The position numbers and the translations under genes are program-made. 64,000 nucleotides of DNA from Mytilus californianus. Its lineage: Eukaryota. The stretch spans positions 5,394,001 to 5,458,000 of the forward strand of contig NW_026262670.1 in the NCBI RefSeq assembly GCF_021869535.1, read 5' to 3'. The notes below the pieces were generated by a model. That model was not told the origin of the DNA. It searched no databases and was given only the letters and a program-made list of their open reading frames with translations. Every line of letters begins with the position of its first letter. The first letter of the stretch is position 1. Below, piece after piece: positions 24,060-36,476 of the stretch.

Positions 24060-27000
24060 AATTACGACATTGTTTTTTTAGAAACTCATGTGGGATATAA
24101 TTCCCAAATACACAATATTGGTAAATTTCATTATCATCCAATATGTAGAAAATTATCAAATAATAACCGTCATTTTGGGGGTATAGCAATTCTACAGAAA
24201 AGTCACGTTAAACCTCATGTCAAAATATTGATTAACAGTAATCCAGATTATCAATGGATTAAATTAGAAAAATCCTTTTTTGGATTTAAAAGTGACCTAT
24301 TTATTTGTGTACTGTACAACCCCCCTGTTACGTCTAAATATACCCAAGAACTCTCTTCTGATGTTTTTGAATGCATAGAAAAAGATATCTTTCAGTATAA
24401 AAAAATGGGTGAAATTTTGTTATGTGGAGATTTTAATGCCAGAATAGGCTCTGAAAATGACTTTATAGTAAACGATGATTCAAAATTTACTCCAATTTTT
24501 GATACATACCCTACTGACAAAAACATTATGACAAGAAAAAGTCGAGACCAAAAAATTGATCAAAGAGGCAAAGAAGTTTTGGATTTTTGCATTAGTAAAC
24601 AAATAAGAATTTTAAATGGCAGAGTTCTTGGTGATACATTTGGTAATTTTACTTGCTATACCCCCAATGGTGCAAGTGTGGTTGATTATGTTGCTGTGTC
24701 GGAAGAAATTCTTGAAAATGTACTGTATTTTAAAGTATCCAGATTTATTCCCACATTATCTGATTGTCATTGTAAACTTGAGTGGGAATTATCTGCAAAA
24801 TATTGTGTTCCTGGAGAAAATGATATTCCAATCCAGTTGAAAAATATGACACCTAATTATATCTGGACTGACTGTTCAGCAATAAAATTTCAAGAAACAC
24901 TTTCTTCAGATACACTACAAAACTACATACTAGAATTCAACAACAGCACAATTCAATTTACTCAGACATCAGTAGATGAAGCATCATCAAAACTTTCAAA
25001 CATCTTTTTATCAGCAGCAAATCTATCACTTAAACGACCTTTAAAAAAACACACAAACAAACAAAAAAACAAAAAGTGGTTTGACGCAAGTTTACAACAA
25101 GCTCGAACTAACTTGCTTAATTATGGAAAAATTTATTCAAGATTTCCATATGATCCAATTATCAAAAATCACTTTTACAAACTGAATCGTGAATACTCCA
25201 AACTAAGGAAATATAAATACAAACAATACAAACAATCATTGATTAGTCAGCTGGACTCCTTGCACGAAGAGAATCCAAAACTGTATTGGAACTTAATTAA
25301 TGAACTACAGGAAAAAAATGAAACTAAAAAAAAATGTGGAGTACAACCATCAACTTTGATATCACATTTCCAAAAGTTGTCACAACTGAAAGGTGAATTT
25401 CAAAGTAGATATACAGAGCTATGTGAAAAACTGAAACAGTTAGAAAACTCAAAATGTTTCAACGAGTTGGACTCCGTTATCACTGAGTCTGAAATATCCA
25501 AAGCCATTTCACACTTAAAATGCAATAAATCATCAGGCTTGGATAACATTAGTAATAATATGATAAAGAATGGACAGACTTTCCTTTTAAAAAGTTTTCA
25601 ACAGATGTTTAATACTTGTCTGTCTTCAGGTATATACCCAACATCTTGGGCTGAAGGTTATATTACACCAATTTTTAAAAGCAACGATACAAGTGACCCT
25701 AACAATTATAGAGGAATAACAATAACAAGTGCAATTGGAAAGCTTTTTAATAGAATATTAAGTCTAAGACTGGACAAATTTCTTCAGGAACATAATATTA
25801 TACATGATAGTCAAATTGGATTCACAAGGAAAGCCAGAACTGCAGATCATATGTTTATTTTAAACTGTCTTATTAACAAATACTGTAATTCAAAAGAAGG
25901 TAGACTGTTTGCCTGTTTTGTTGATTTTCAGAAGGCTTTTGATACTGTTATACATACAGGGATCAAGATTAAACTACTAGATATTGGGGCTGGGTCTTAT
26001 TTTTATAACATTATTAAAAGTATGTATGAAATTAGCAAATCATGTGTCAAAATTCAAAATCAAGTAAGTGATTTTTTCCCATTAGATATTGGAGTCAAAC
26101 AAGGTGACAACCTCAGTCCGAATTTATTCAAGATATTCATAAATGATTTGCCCAGATATTTGTCAGATACTAGAGACCCAGTTAATGTCAATGACAAAGA
26201 TCTACATTGTTTAATGTATGCTGATGATATTGTTTTATTATCTACATCAGCTGAAGGACTACGAGAAAAGCTGGGAATGCTTGATAAATTTTGCAAAGAT
26301 TGGTGTCTCAATGTGAATACTAATAAGACAAAGGTGCTGATTTTCAACAAGGCAGGCAGACATGTAAAACAGATATTCACATTTCAGAATATAAATCTGG
26401 AATGTGTTTCAAAATACAAATACCTAGGTTTATATTTAAACTCATCTGGTTCATTCAGTTATGCTCAAAATGAACTATACAAAAAATCCCTGAAAGCTCA
26501 TTTCAAATTAAGGAAAGATCTTTTATCACTTAATCCTGATGTAAAAACAAGTATTCATGTTTTTGACCACACTGTAAAACCTATTTTATTATATGGTAGC
26601 GAAATATGGGGGATGTTTAATTCTCTTTCCTCTAAATGTAAGACGGAAGATATATCTTTTGAAAAATTATATTCAGGTTTACCCTGTGAGAAACTTCATA
26701 TAAAATTTTGTAAATTTATACTTGGGGTACACAAGAAAACAACAAATGCTGCAGTGTTATCTGAACTTGGAAGATTTCCAATATATTTTAATATTATAAA
26801 AGGAATGTTATTGTACTGGTATAGATTAGAGAATTTAGGTAATAATTTTCCTCTATTAAAAGAGGCATATACACAATCAAAGACACTACATCACATGAAT
26901 ATAACATCATGGTATGGTTCAATAAATGTTGTTTTTAAAATACTTGGTATTGACTATACAAATGCCATAAATGCTCCATTTTGTGAATCCTTATACAAAT

Positions 27001-27470
27001 TTAAGAAATATATACAAACCAAGCTATCAATATTGTTTATTAGCTGTTGGAAAAAACAAATAGATAAATTTTCAGACAGTAAACTGAAAACCTACCTTTT
27101 ATATAAAACAAATTTTGGTTTTGAAAAATATCTAACATTGATCAAGAATTTTGAACTTAGAAGAAGTTTTACTAAATTACGTGTATCTTCTCATAGATTA
27201 CAAATAGAATTAGGTAGATATCAGGGTATTCCCCGAATTAACAGAATATGTAATAAATGTTCTTCCAATACTGTCGAAGATGAGGCTCATTTTCTATTTG
27301 ATTGTAACAAATTTGAGGATGATAGAAATTGTATGTTAGCTAGTATTGCACAATATAATTCTTATTTTAATCATATGAACAGTCAAAGCAAAATTATCTG
27401 GTTATTTAGTGTAGAAAATGTTGAGTTACTTAAAATAATATGTAATTTTATATACAAACATCTTCCTTAG
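24060..27470 (+). CDS. Main part of LINE ORF2: APE endonuclease, reverse transcriptase and C-terminal Cys/His motif (interrupted gene)
   Basis: APE motifs FLETH, LCGDFNAR, VVDY, SDH-like LSDCH; RT motifs NYRGITI, FVDFQKAFD, GVKQGDNLSP, YADD, YKYLG; C-terminal CNKC...EDEAHFLFDC. The track start at 23781 is an artefact of N read-through. Confidence 0.95.
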   Translation, partial: NYDIVFLETHVGYNSQIHNIGKFHYHPICRKLSNNNRHFGGIAILQKSHVKPHVKILINSNPDYQWIKLEKSFFGFKSDLFICVLYNPPVTSKYTQELSSDVFECIEKDIFQYKKMGEILLCGDFNARIGSENDFIVNDDSKFTPIFDTYPTDKNIMTRKSRDQKIDQRGKEVLDFCISKQIRILNGRVLGDTFGNFTCYTPNGASVVDYVAVSEEILENVLYFKVSRFIPTLSDCHCKLEWELSAKYCVPGENDIPIQLKNMTPNYIWTDCSAIKFQETLSSDTLQNYILEFNNSTIQFTQTSVDEASSKLSNIFLSAANLSLKRPLKKHTNKQKNKKWFDASLQQARTNLLNYGKIYSRFPYDPIIKNHFYKLNREYSKLRKYKYKQYKQSLISQLDSLHEENPKLYWNLINELQEKNETKKKCGVQPSTLISHFQKLSQLKGEFQSRYTELCEKLKQLENSKCFNELDSVITESEISKAISHLKCNKSSGLDNISNNMIKNGQTFLLKSFQQMFNTCLSSGIYPTSWAEGYITPIFKSNDTSDPNNYRGITITSAIGKLFNRILSLRLDKFLQEHNIIHDSQIGFTRKARTADHMFILNCLINKYCNSKEGRLFACFVDFQKAFDTVIHTGIKIKLLDIGAGSYFYNIIKSMYEISKSCVKIQNQVSDFFPLDIGVKQGDNLSPNLFKIFINDLPRYLSDTRDPVNVNDKDLHCLMYADDIVLLSTSAEGLREKLGMLDKFCKDWCLNVNTNKTKVLIFNKAGRHVKQIFTFQNINLECVSKYKYLGLYLNSSGSFSYAQNELYKKSLKAHFKLRKDLLSLNPDVKTSIHVFDHTVKPILLYGSEIWGMFNSLSSKCKTEDISFEKLYSGLPCEKLHIKFCKFILGVHKKTTNAAVLSELGRFPIYFNIIKGMLLYWYRLENLGNNFPLLKEAYTQSKTLHHMNITSWYGSINVVFKILGIDYTNAINAPFCESLYKFKKYIQTKLSILFISCWKKQIDKFSDSKLKTYLLYKTNFGFEKYLTLIKNFELRRSFTKLRVSSHRLQIELGRYQGIPRINRICNKCSSNTVEDEAHFLFDCNKFEDDRNCMLASIAQYNSYFNHMNSQSKIIWLFSVENVELLKIICNFIYKHLP

Positions 27471-28118
27471 TGAAGATTAGTTAAAGGAAATCTATGTGTG
27501 TATATACATTTGATTGGACATAGAAAATTATATTCATCTGAATATCACAACCGTACTAGCCGATTAAAAAAAAAAAAATTGTTAAGATATATTATTTATT
27601 CAAATGTTCTCTTATATCCTTGAGGCATCGTCCCCTGGTATCAACTGCATTCAAGTTACCTATGATGCTTCCTTGTTTGCTTTTGATACAGGTAGGAAAG
27701 AGACATTTACACACATTTTACATGCCTATGGCCCATAAGGTATCGCCCCCTGGTGTCAGCTGCCTTTAGGAAACCATAATGCTTTCCTATTTGCTGCTGA
27801 CACAGGATGAGTCATGGACATGTTTAATTTCTACTTTCTTTTTGGCTAATTATTATATATTTAATTGATCCAACTTTTTGTGTACTATACATATGTGGAT
27901 ATCTATTTTTCTTTTTTTTCTTTTTGGGCTGCTTGTTTGTTATCTATATCAACCACACTTGCAATAAAATGCATTAGTATTAAAAAAAAACAACATACTA
28001 TAGATTCTTTATCTACGTTTTCTTTAAGAACTTAAATAGTTCTCGTTTAACTTTTTTTTTTTTTTTTTTATCTCGTTGTTTGTATTGTATTATGAAAAAA
28101 TTATTGATGTTGTAATGT

Positions 28119-28165
28119 TTATGCCCTTTGGGGCCCATAATTGGAAATAAAATATCTTATCTTAT
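28119..28165 (+). other. LINE 3' terminus: stem-loop, AATAAA and short tandem-repeat tail
   Basis: TTATG-CCC-TTTG-GGG-CC-CATAA hairpin, then TTGGAAATAAAATATCTTATCTTAT. Confidence 0.75.
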
Positions 28166-31100
28166 TACGCGATCTCGGTAAAATGATTATGTGCTTCTTC
28201 GAAGACTTTTATGATAATTTTTAGTATAATTCTATCAAAAACATTCACATATAGCATATCAAATTGCTCAACAGTCATTAATCTTGCAGGTTAGATAAAC
28301 TGTGTATTTTTCAATGATCACAGTAGAAAGATATTAATAGTTAAAGTAGAACCGACTGATTTGTCTTCGCAGGTATGTTGACAGAAAATTTACGAGTTTT
28401 TCTCAATAGAAAAATATTCTACCGTCGTAAAATTGTGCAGCGGAAGAAATATCATTTCTCTACGGGTTTCTTTCCGTTTTTATTCACTGGACGTATGTTA
28501 CTCGTCGTAATAAGTTTGTTTTCAGCTGGAGGGAAACACACAAAAAGTTCACGCGCCATTGTTTGGTTGCAGATTTTTACGAAAACTTCAAAAAACATTT
28601 TTATTCAACCTGAGCGAAATTTCACAGACATCCTAGATTCGAATGAATAAAACCAATATCTAGAATATGTATTTGGAATGTCGTTTAATTTAATCTAGCT
28701 TTGGGAACTTTTCAGAGAGCGACTTTATGTTCAGTGGATATGAGGCACTAGAAACTTGACTGTGCTGTATGATGCGTCTCTGCTTTTATTTCCATTTTCA
28801 TGTAAAATTTGAGCACTTCGTGCTCTAAAACTCGAATATGTCTTGTTGAATATATCATATTTTTCAAAAAATATATGTACTTAATTTTATTATCAATTAA
28901 ACGATGGTCCGTGCTCGAACTGGCCACCTGAAAGTTTCAATACAAAATATACCAACCAAACCCAAGATTCTTGTATTTTTATAATTCGAAAGTTGTACAC
29001 ATCATTTGCCTCTAAATTAACAATTACAAAGGTTCATCTGTTTTTAAAAAAAGGGGGGGGGGGGGGTTCACGGTGAAGACTCTGGCCATAAATATGCATT
29101 TTTCCTATATAGGCTAGGCAAGTATAAGACCAGAATCGGTACCGGGTGAAGCAGCATACACACGGACGATTCAAAAGAGACATAAAGACAAAAATCACAC
29201 CAATGTTAACCATTAGACTTGGGGCAAAAATAGTCTCCACTGTATTTAACTGAACCCCTTCCCCCACAAAAAAAAAATCCCGAGGAAAAGGGGGGTGTAT
29301 ATATTTTCAATGAATGATAGTTGGACTGAAATATTTGTTACCTATTGCAACATTAACAAGCAGATTTAATGTAAAAAGAATCCCAAAGCAAGATTGAAAC
29401 GAAGAAAAAGATATTCTCCGTTAAAAAAATAAATAAATAGGTTTCTCTATTGTCTGTTGATTTCTGTGAAGGCCAATTAGCATATAGCGTTTAATGGATG
29501 TTAGTTCAAGTCTCAACATGCTGTGGGTTTTTCTTTCTTTCTTAATTTGTAAACCTTTTTTTCTGTTTCTTTTTCATTTTTGTGGAGGATTATTTTTTTT
29601 TTGGGGGGGGGGGGGGAGTAATTGTTTGACATGAAATTTAGTTGTTTATGAATAGAACACACACTTTAATAGTAAATCCAAAGTACTATTTAGGTCGTTT
29701 TTTATTCCCAGCATGATGGAACTATTTTCTACATGTTAGGACAACCTCATGATGTTGACAACCAGTAGAAATTTAAAACTTTTTCTTTCTAGTTCTCTCT
29801 TAGTCGTATCAAATCCAGAAAAAAAAGAAATAAGAATCAATTTCTATCAAACGTGAATCCTATCCCTCTTTTCAGCTATGGGTAGAAACGTAAACAACAG
29901 GACAAGTTTGGCATGTTCTTTGGGACAGAAACCCAACAACACCAGATCGATAGATTTTTTATTTCCAATAGAGGACTTAATCTATAATCAAATATTTCAT
30001 TCTTGGGCTTTTTATTACTTTCTATCTCCTTTTTTATTTTCTTCTTTAAATGTTTTTATGAATTATCATATTTGAAGCAATTCTTTTCATATTGACATTG
30101 AACGCCTTTTCTCTGTCTCAATATACAGTATTTATCACAAATGAAGGAAAATGTCTTGGCGAAAAGAGGTGTGTTTGCTGTCCGGGGGTTAGGGTAGTCT
30201 TAATTGAAAACGGCAGCAACAAACGTTTCTCAATGTATACACAAATAAGCGCATTTAATACTGTCAGTCACACATTGTCTGTATATACTAGTAGACTTTG
30301 TTTTTCTGTGTCGTTAAGTTGCTGTCATTTCAATATGAAAATAACCTCTTCTGTTATATTAGAATCCTACAATTTCGTAAACAATCCTTTAAAATGCATG
30401 ATACATGTTATCAAAGAAATAAACCCTTTTCTTACCTTTTGTACAAATGTCCGTCCATCCTTGTTTTAGTTCATAACAGTAGACATGCTACGTATGTGAC
30501 GTCACTGTATTGTTTCTGGTTTATTCATCTCGCGTGCTTTGAACAGATTAAAATGACATAACAAAGACACAGACAAGTCGTCAAAACACTAAAAAACAGA
30601 GAGAAAAAAGAAGAGAAAAACAAACAGGACAACCCATTTTAAAGAAACATAAAAGCAAGTAGGTGCATTTATTTCATACACGAGTAAAACAAAGGAAAAT
30701 TCGAGAGGTGAAGAAAAGTATCAATATGGTTACATAATCAGCTATCGTCAATAACAGGAACGCTCCTTTTACTATCCCCCAACCCCAAACACACATCTCC
30801 AACGATAGAACCACGATGAAAAGCGAGTCCAAACATAAAAGACTGGTGATATATGAATGTAAGTACACTCGCACTATATATATCTGCATGTAATAAAATG
30901 AAAAATAATTGCAGAACTGTTAAATGTTTAACAAAAACCTCCATACTTTAGAGTTTCCTGCTAACTTTTAATACACAATTGTAGTAATTTTGACAAAAAA
31001 AAAAACAAAAACAAAAAATAACAAACGTCACTGCATTCATTTTCTATTTGTTTACTTGTATGTTGACAATACATCTATACATCTTTTGTATTGTAAAATT

Positions 31101-31902
31101 GAGAATGCAAATGGGGAATCATGATGTCAAAGAGACAACAACCCGACCAAAGAGCAGACAACAGCCGAAGGCCACCAATGGGTCTTCAACGCAGCGAGAA
31201 AATCCCGCACCCGGAGGTGGTCCTCAGCTGGCCCCTAAATAAAATTGTGTACTAGTTCAGTGAAAATGGACGTCACATAATCAGCACATTTTTACAGTAT
31301 ATTAGTACCGAAAAAAGTACTGAGTTTAATTTAGAGTTACCTCCCCATTGACTAGTTGATATGAAATAGACGTCCAACCTTTGACATTGCATACGTGTAG
31401 AAAAAGTCCTCTAAAAAATTTCAGTCAAGATGAAAATGAATAAGAAGGGAGAAAAAAATCACATAATGAGAAAAATGAATTAGTTGGCTGAAGTGTTTAA
31501 ATGTGTGATTTGCCCCCCAACCCCCCCCCCCCCCCCAAAAAAAAAAAAGAGAATGAATAAAAAAAAATATCACTTCCTTTATTCTTAGATTGTATTTTAA
31601 TCGAATATTATTTTGAAAGAATTTTAATCAGTTCAAAAAATATGTGCGTGAAAGTAAAATGATATATCTTTAATATTTCCTTACTAAAAATAATTTTCCC
31701 AAAAGGCAACTGCATAAATGTTAGAAATAGTATACTCTTAAGGAGTGAAATGAAGCAAAAAATGGAAATAATTTGACTGAAAAAAATATTTCAAAGAACA
31801 GTGCAAAGTGAAGAAAAAAGAAAAGGGCAGGGTAGGGCTCAGCTATATTTAGTTTGATAACTAATGTACAACAATTGTAGATTCTTTTTGAACAAATTGG
31901 GT

Positions 31903-31918
31903 AGCCCTTAAAAGGGCT
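31903..31918 (-). terminator. Histone 3' stem-loop, copy 2
   Basis: AGCCCTTTTAAGGGCT on the minus strand. Confidence 0.9.
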
Positions 31919-31961
31919 TTTGGTGGCTGAATAGCCTCTGCAGACTGTAGTCTGGAACAGT

Positions 31962-32529
31962 TTACTTCTTCTTTGGTGTCTTCTTGGCTTTTGGTTTGGC
32001 TGCCTTCTTTTTAGCTGGTGACTTGGCTGCCTTCTTTGGCTTGGCTGCTTTCTTTGCTGCTGGTTTCTTAGCTTTAGGCTTGGCTGCCTTTTTCTCTCCA
32101 GCTGGTTTCTTTGCTGCCTTCTTTTTCTTAGGTGTGCTCTTTGCCTTCTTTGGCTTGGCAGCCTTAGGTTTAGCTGCTTTCTTTGCCTTTGCTGGCTTCT
32201 TTTTAGCTTGTTTTGCTTCTCCAATTCTGAAAGATCCGGATGCTCCAGTTCCCTTGGACTGCTTCAAAACTGTTGTTCTTAACTCCGGCTCTGAGTGCAA
32301 GTTTTAAATGAGCGTTTACTGACTTGGCATCTTTTCCGACGTTGAAGTTGGCCATGATGTACTTCAAAATTGCTTGCCTTGAGGAACCTCCACGTTCTTT
32401 CAAAGCAGCGATGGCTTTCCCAATCATCTCGCTGTATTTAGGATGTGCTGAAGGCTTCTTTGGCTTAGCTGCTGCCTTTTTCTTTGGTGATTTAGCTGGT
32501 GCTGGTGCTGGTGCTGCTACGTCTGCCAT
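31962..32529 (-). pseudogene. H1: Histone H1 copy 2 with a +1 frameshift (pseudogene or sequencing error)
   Basis: GCTTCAAAACTG (A4 at 32266-32269) versus GCTTCAAACTG in other copies; ORF split into 32203..32529 and 31962..32300. Confidence 0.75.
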
Positions 32530-35500
32530 TTTGAACGATTCAAAATATTATCCTTTACGAAGTTTATACTACAAATAACGATTTGAAAATAACGCCATTC
32601 AAGGCCTCGTTTATTTATAACAGACGAACGCGGACCTCGACGAAGACACCCTTAAAAATAACTTGTAAAATCCATTACGCGATCTCGGTAAAATGATTAT
32701 GTGCTTCTTCGAAGACTTTTATGATAATTTTTAGTATAATTCTATCAAAAACATTCACATATAGCATATCAAATTGCTCAACAGTCATTAATCTTGCAGG
32801 TTAGATAAACTGTGTATTTTTCAATGATCACAGTAGAAAGATATTAATAGTTAAAGTAGAACCGACTGATTTGTCTTCGCAGGTATGTTGACAGAAAATT
32901 TACGAGTTTTTCTCAATAGAAAAATATTCTACCGTCGTAAAATTGTGCAGCGGAAGAAATATCATTTCTCTACGGGTTTCTTTCCGTTTTTATTCACTGG
33001 ACGTATGTTACTCGTCGTAATAAGTTTGTTTTCAGCTGGAGGGAAACACACAAAAAGTTCACGCGCCATTGTTTGGTTGCAGATTTTTACGAAAACTTCA
33101 AAAAACATTTTTATTCAACCTGAGCGAAATTTCACAGACATCCTAGATTCGAATGAATAAAACCAATATCTAGAATATGTATTTGGAATGTCGTTTAATT
33201 TAATCTAGCTTTGGGAACTTTTCAGAGAGCGACTTTATGTTCAGTGGATATGAGGCACTAGAAACTTGACTGTGCTGTATGATGCGTCTCTGCTTTTATT
33301 TCCATTTTCATGTAAAATTTGAGCACTTCGTGCTCTAAAACTCGAATATGTCTTGTTGAATATATCATATTTTTCAAAAAATATATGTACTTAATTTTAT
33401 TATCAATTAAACGATGGTCCGTGCTCGAACTGGCCACCTGAAAGTTTCAATACAAAATATACCAACCAAACCCAAGATTCTTGTATTTTTATAATTCGAA
33501 AGTTGTACACATCATTTGCCTCTAAATTAACAATTACAAAGGTTCATCTGTTTTTAAAAAAAGGGGGGGGGGGGGTTCACGGTGAAGACTCTGGCCATAA
33601 ATATGCATTTTTCCTATATAGGCTAGGCAAGTATAAGACCAGAATCGGTACCGGGTGAAGCAGCATACACACGGACGATTCAAAAGAGACATAAAGACAA
33701 AAATCACACCAATGTTAACCATTAGACTTGGGGCAAAAATAGTCTCCACTGTATTTAACTGAACCCCTTCCCCCACAAAAAAAAAATCCCGAGGAAAAGG
33801 GGGGTGTATATATTTTCAATGAATGATAGTTGGACTGAAATATTTGTTACCTATTGCAACATTAACAAGCAGATTTAATGTAAAAAGAATCCCAAAGCAA
33901 GATTGAAACGAAGAAAAAGATATTCTCCGTTAAAAAAATAAATAAATAGGTTTCTCTATTGTCTGTTGATTTCTGTGAAGGCCAATTAGCATATAGCGTT
34001 TAATGGATGTTAGTTCAAGTCTCAACATGCTGTGGGTTTTTCTTTCTTTCTTAATTTGTAAACCTTTTTTTCTGTTTCTTTTTCATTTTTGTGGAGGATT
34101 ATTTTTTTTTTGGGGGGGGGGGGGGGAGTAATTGTTTGACATGAAATTTAGTTGTTTATGAATAGAACACACACTTTAATAGTAAATCCAAAGTACTATT
34201 TAGGTCGTTTTTTATTCCCAGCATGATGGAACTATTTTCTACATGTTAGGACAACCTCATGATGTTGACAACCAGTAGAAATTTAAAACTTTTTCTTTCT
34301 AGTTCTCTCTTAGTCGTATCAAATCCAGAAAAAAAAGAAATAAGAATCAATTTCTATCAAACGTGAATCCTATCCCTCTTTTCAGCTATGGGTAGAAACG
34401 TAAACAACAGGACAAGTTTGGCATGTTCTTTGGGACAGAAACCCAACAACACCAGATCGATAGATTTTTTATTTCCAATAGAGGACTTAATCTATAATCA
34501 AATATTTCATTCTTGGGCTTTTTATTACTTTCTATCTCCTTTTTTATTTTCTTCTTTAAATGTTTTTATGAATTATCATATTTGAAGCAATTCTTTTCAT
34601 ATTGACATTGAACGCCTTTTCTCTGTCTCAATATACAGTATTTATCACAAATGAAGGAAAATGTCTTGGCGAAAAGAGGTGTGTTTGCTGTCCGGGGGGT
34701 TAGGGTAGTCTTAATTGAAAACGGCAGCAACAAACGTTTCTCAATGTATACACAAATAAGCGCATTTAATACTGTCAGTCACACATTGTCTGTATATACT
34801 AGTAGACTTTGTTTTTCTGTGTCGTTAAGTTGCTGTCATTTCAATATGAAAATAACCTCTTCTGTTATATTAGAATCCTACAATTTCGTAAACAATCCTT
34901 TAAAATGCATGATACATGTTATCAAAGAAATAAACCCTTTTCTTACCTTTTGTACAAATGTCCGTCCATCCTTGTTTTAGTTCATAACAGTAGACATGCT
35001 ACGTATGTGACGTCACTGTATTGTTTCTGGTTTATTCATCTCGCGTGCTTTGAACAGATTAAAATGACATAACAAAGACACAGACAAGTCGTCAAAACAC
35101 TAAAAAACAGAGAGAAAAAAGAAGAGAAAAACAAACAGGACAACCCATTTTAAAGAAACATAAAAGCAAGTAGGTGCATTTATTTCATACACGAGTAAAA
35201 CAAAGGAAAATTCGAGAGGTGAAGAAAAGTATCAATATGGTTACATAATCAGCTATCGTCAATAACAGGAACGCTCCTTTTACTATCCCCCAACCCCAAA
35301 CACACATCTCCAACGATAGAACCACGATGAAAAGCGAGTCCAAACATAAAAGACTGGTGATATATGAATGTAAGTACACTCGCACTATATATATCTGCAT
35401 GTAATAAAATGAAAAATAATTGCAGAACTGTTAAATGTTTAACAAAAACCTCCATACTTTAGAGTTTCCTGCTAACTTTTAATACACAATTGTAGTAATT

Positions 35501-36417
35501 TTGACAAAAAAAAAAACAAAAACAAAAAATAACAAACGTCACTGCATTCATTTTCTATTTGTTTACTTGTATGTTGACAATACATCTATACATCTTTTGT
35601 ATTGTAAAATTGAGAATGCAAATGGGGAATCATGATGTCAAAGAGACAACAACCCGACCAAAGAGCAGACAACAGCCGAAGGCCACCAATGGGTCTTCAA
35701 CGCAGCGAGAAAATCCCGCACCCGGAGGTGGTCCTCAGCTGGCCCCTAAATAAAATTGTGTACTAGTTCAGTGAAAATGGACGTCACATAATCAGCACAT
35801 TTTTACAGTATATTAGTACCGAAAAAAGTACTGAGTTTAATTTAGAGTTACCTCCCCATTGACTAGTTGATATGAAATAGACGTCCAACCTTTGACATTG
35901 CATACGTGTAGAAAAAGTCCTCTAAAAAATTTCAGTCAAGATGAAAATGAATAAGAAGGGAGAAAAAAATCACATAATGAGAAAAATGAATTAGTTGGCT
36001 GAAGTGTTTAAATGTGTGATTTGCCCCCCCAACCCCCCCCCCCCCCCCCCCCCCCAAAAAAAAGAGAATGAATAAAAAAAAATATCACTTCCTTTATTCT
36101 TAGATTGTATTTTAATCGAATATTATTTTGAAAGAATTTTAATCAGTTCAAAAAATATGTGCGTGAAAGTAAAATGATATATCTTTAATATTTCCTTACT
36201 AAAAATAATTTTCCCAAAAGGCAACTGCATAAATGTTAGAAATAGTATACTCTTAAGGAGTGAAATGAAGCAAAAAATGGAAATAATTTGACTGAAAAAA
36301 ATATTTCAAAGAACAGTGCAAAGTGAAGAAAAAAGAAAAGGGCAGGGTAGGGCTCAGCTATATTTAGTTTGATAACTAATGTACAACAATTGTAGATTCT
36401 TTTTGAACAAATTGGGT

Positions 36418-36433
36418 AGCCCTTAAAAGGGCT
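36418..36433 (-). terminator. Histone 3' stem-loop, copy 3
   Basis: AGCCCTTTTAAGGGCT on the minus strand. Confidence 0.9.
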
Positions 36434-36476
36434 TTTGGTGGCTGAATAGCCTCTGCAGACTGTAGTCTGGAACAGT

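Larger units (their letters stand above)
18632..28165 (+). mobile_element. Apparently full-length non-LTR retrotransposon (CR1/L2-group LINE) with a nested insertion
   Basis: Interrupts the unit sequence AATCCAT|TACGCG; ORF1 plus APE-RT ORF2; 3' end has a hairpin, AATAAA and an (ATCTT)n tail; only a 2-bp AT duplication or microhomology. Confidence 0.93.

Noticed and set aside
27622-27806. HDV-like ribozyme, SECIS or H/ACA snoRNA assignment for the duplicated motif
   Set aside because: Lacks the HDV L3/P1.1 GG and J4/2 catalytic segment, the SECIS RUGA/AA/GA spacing, and a proper H box; kept as an unclassified motif.
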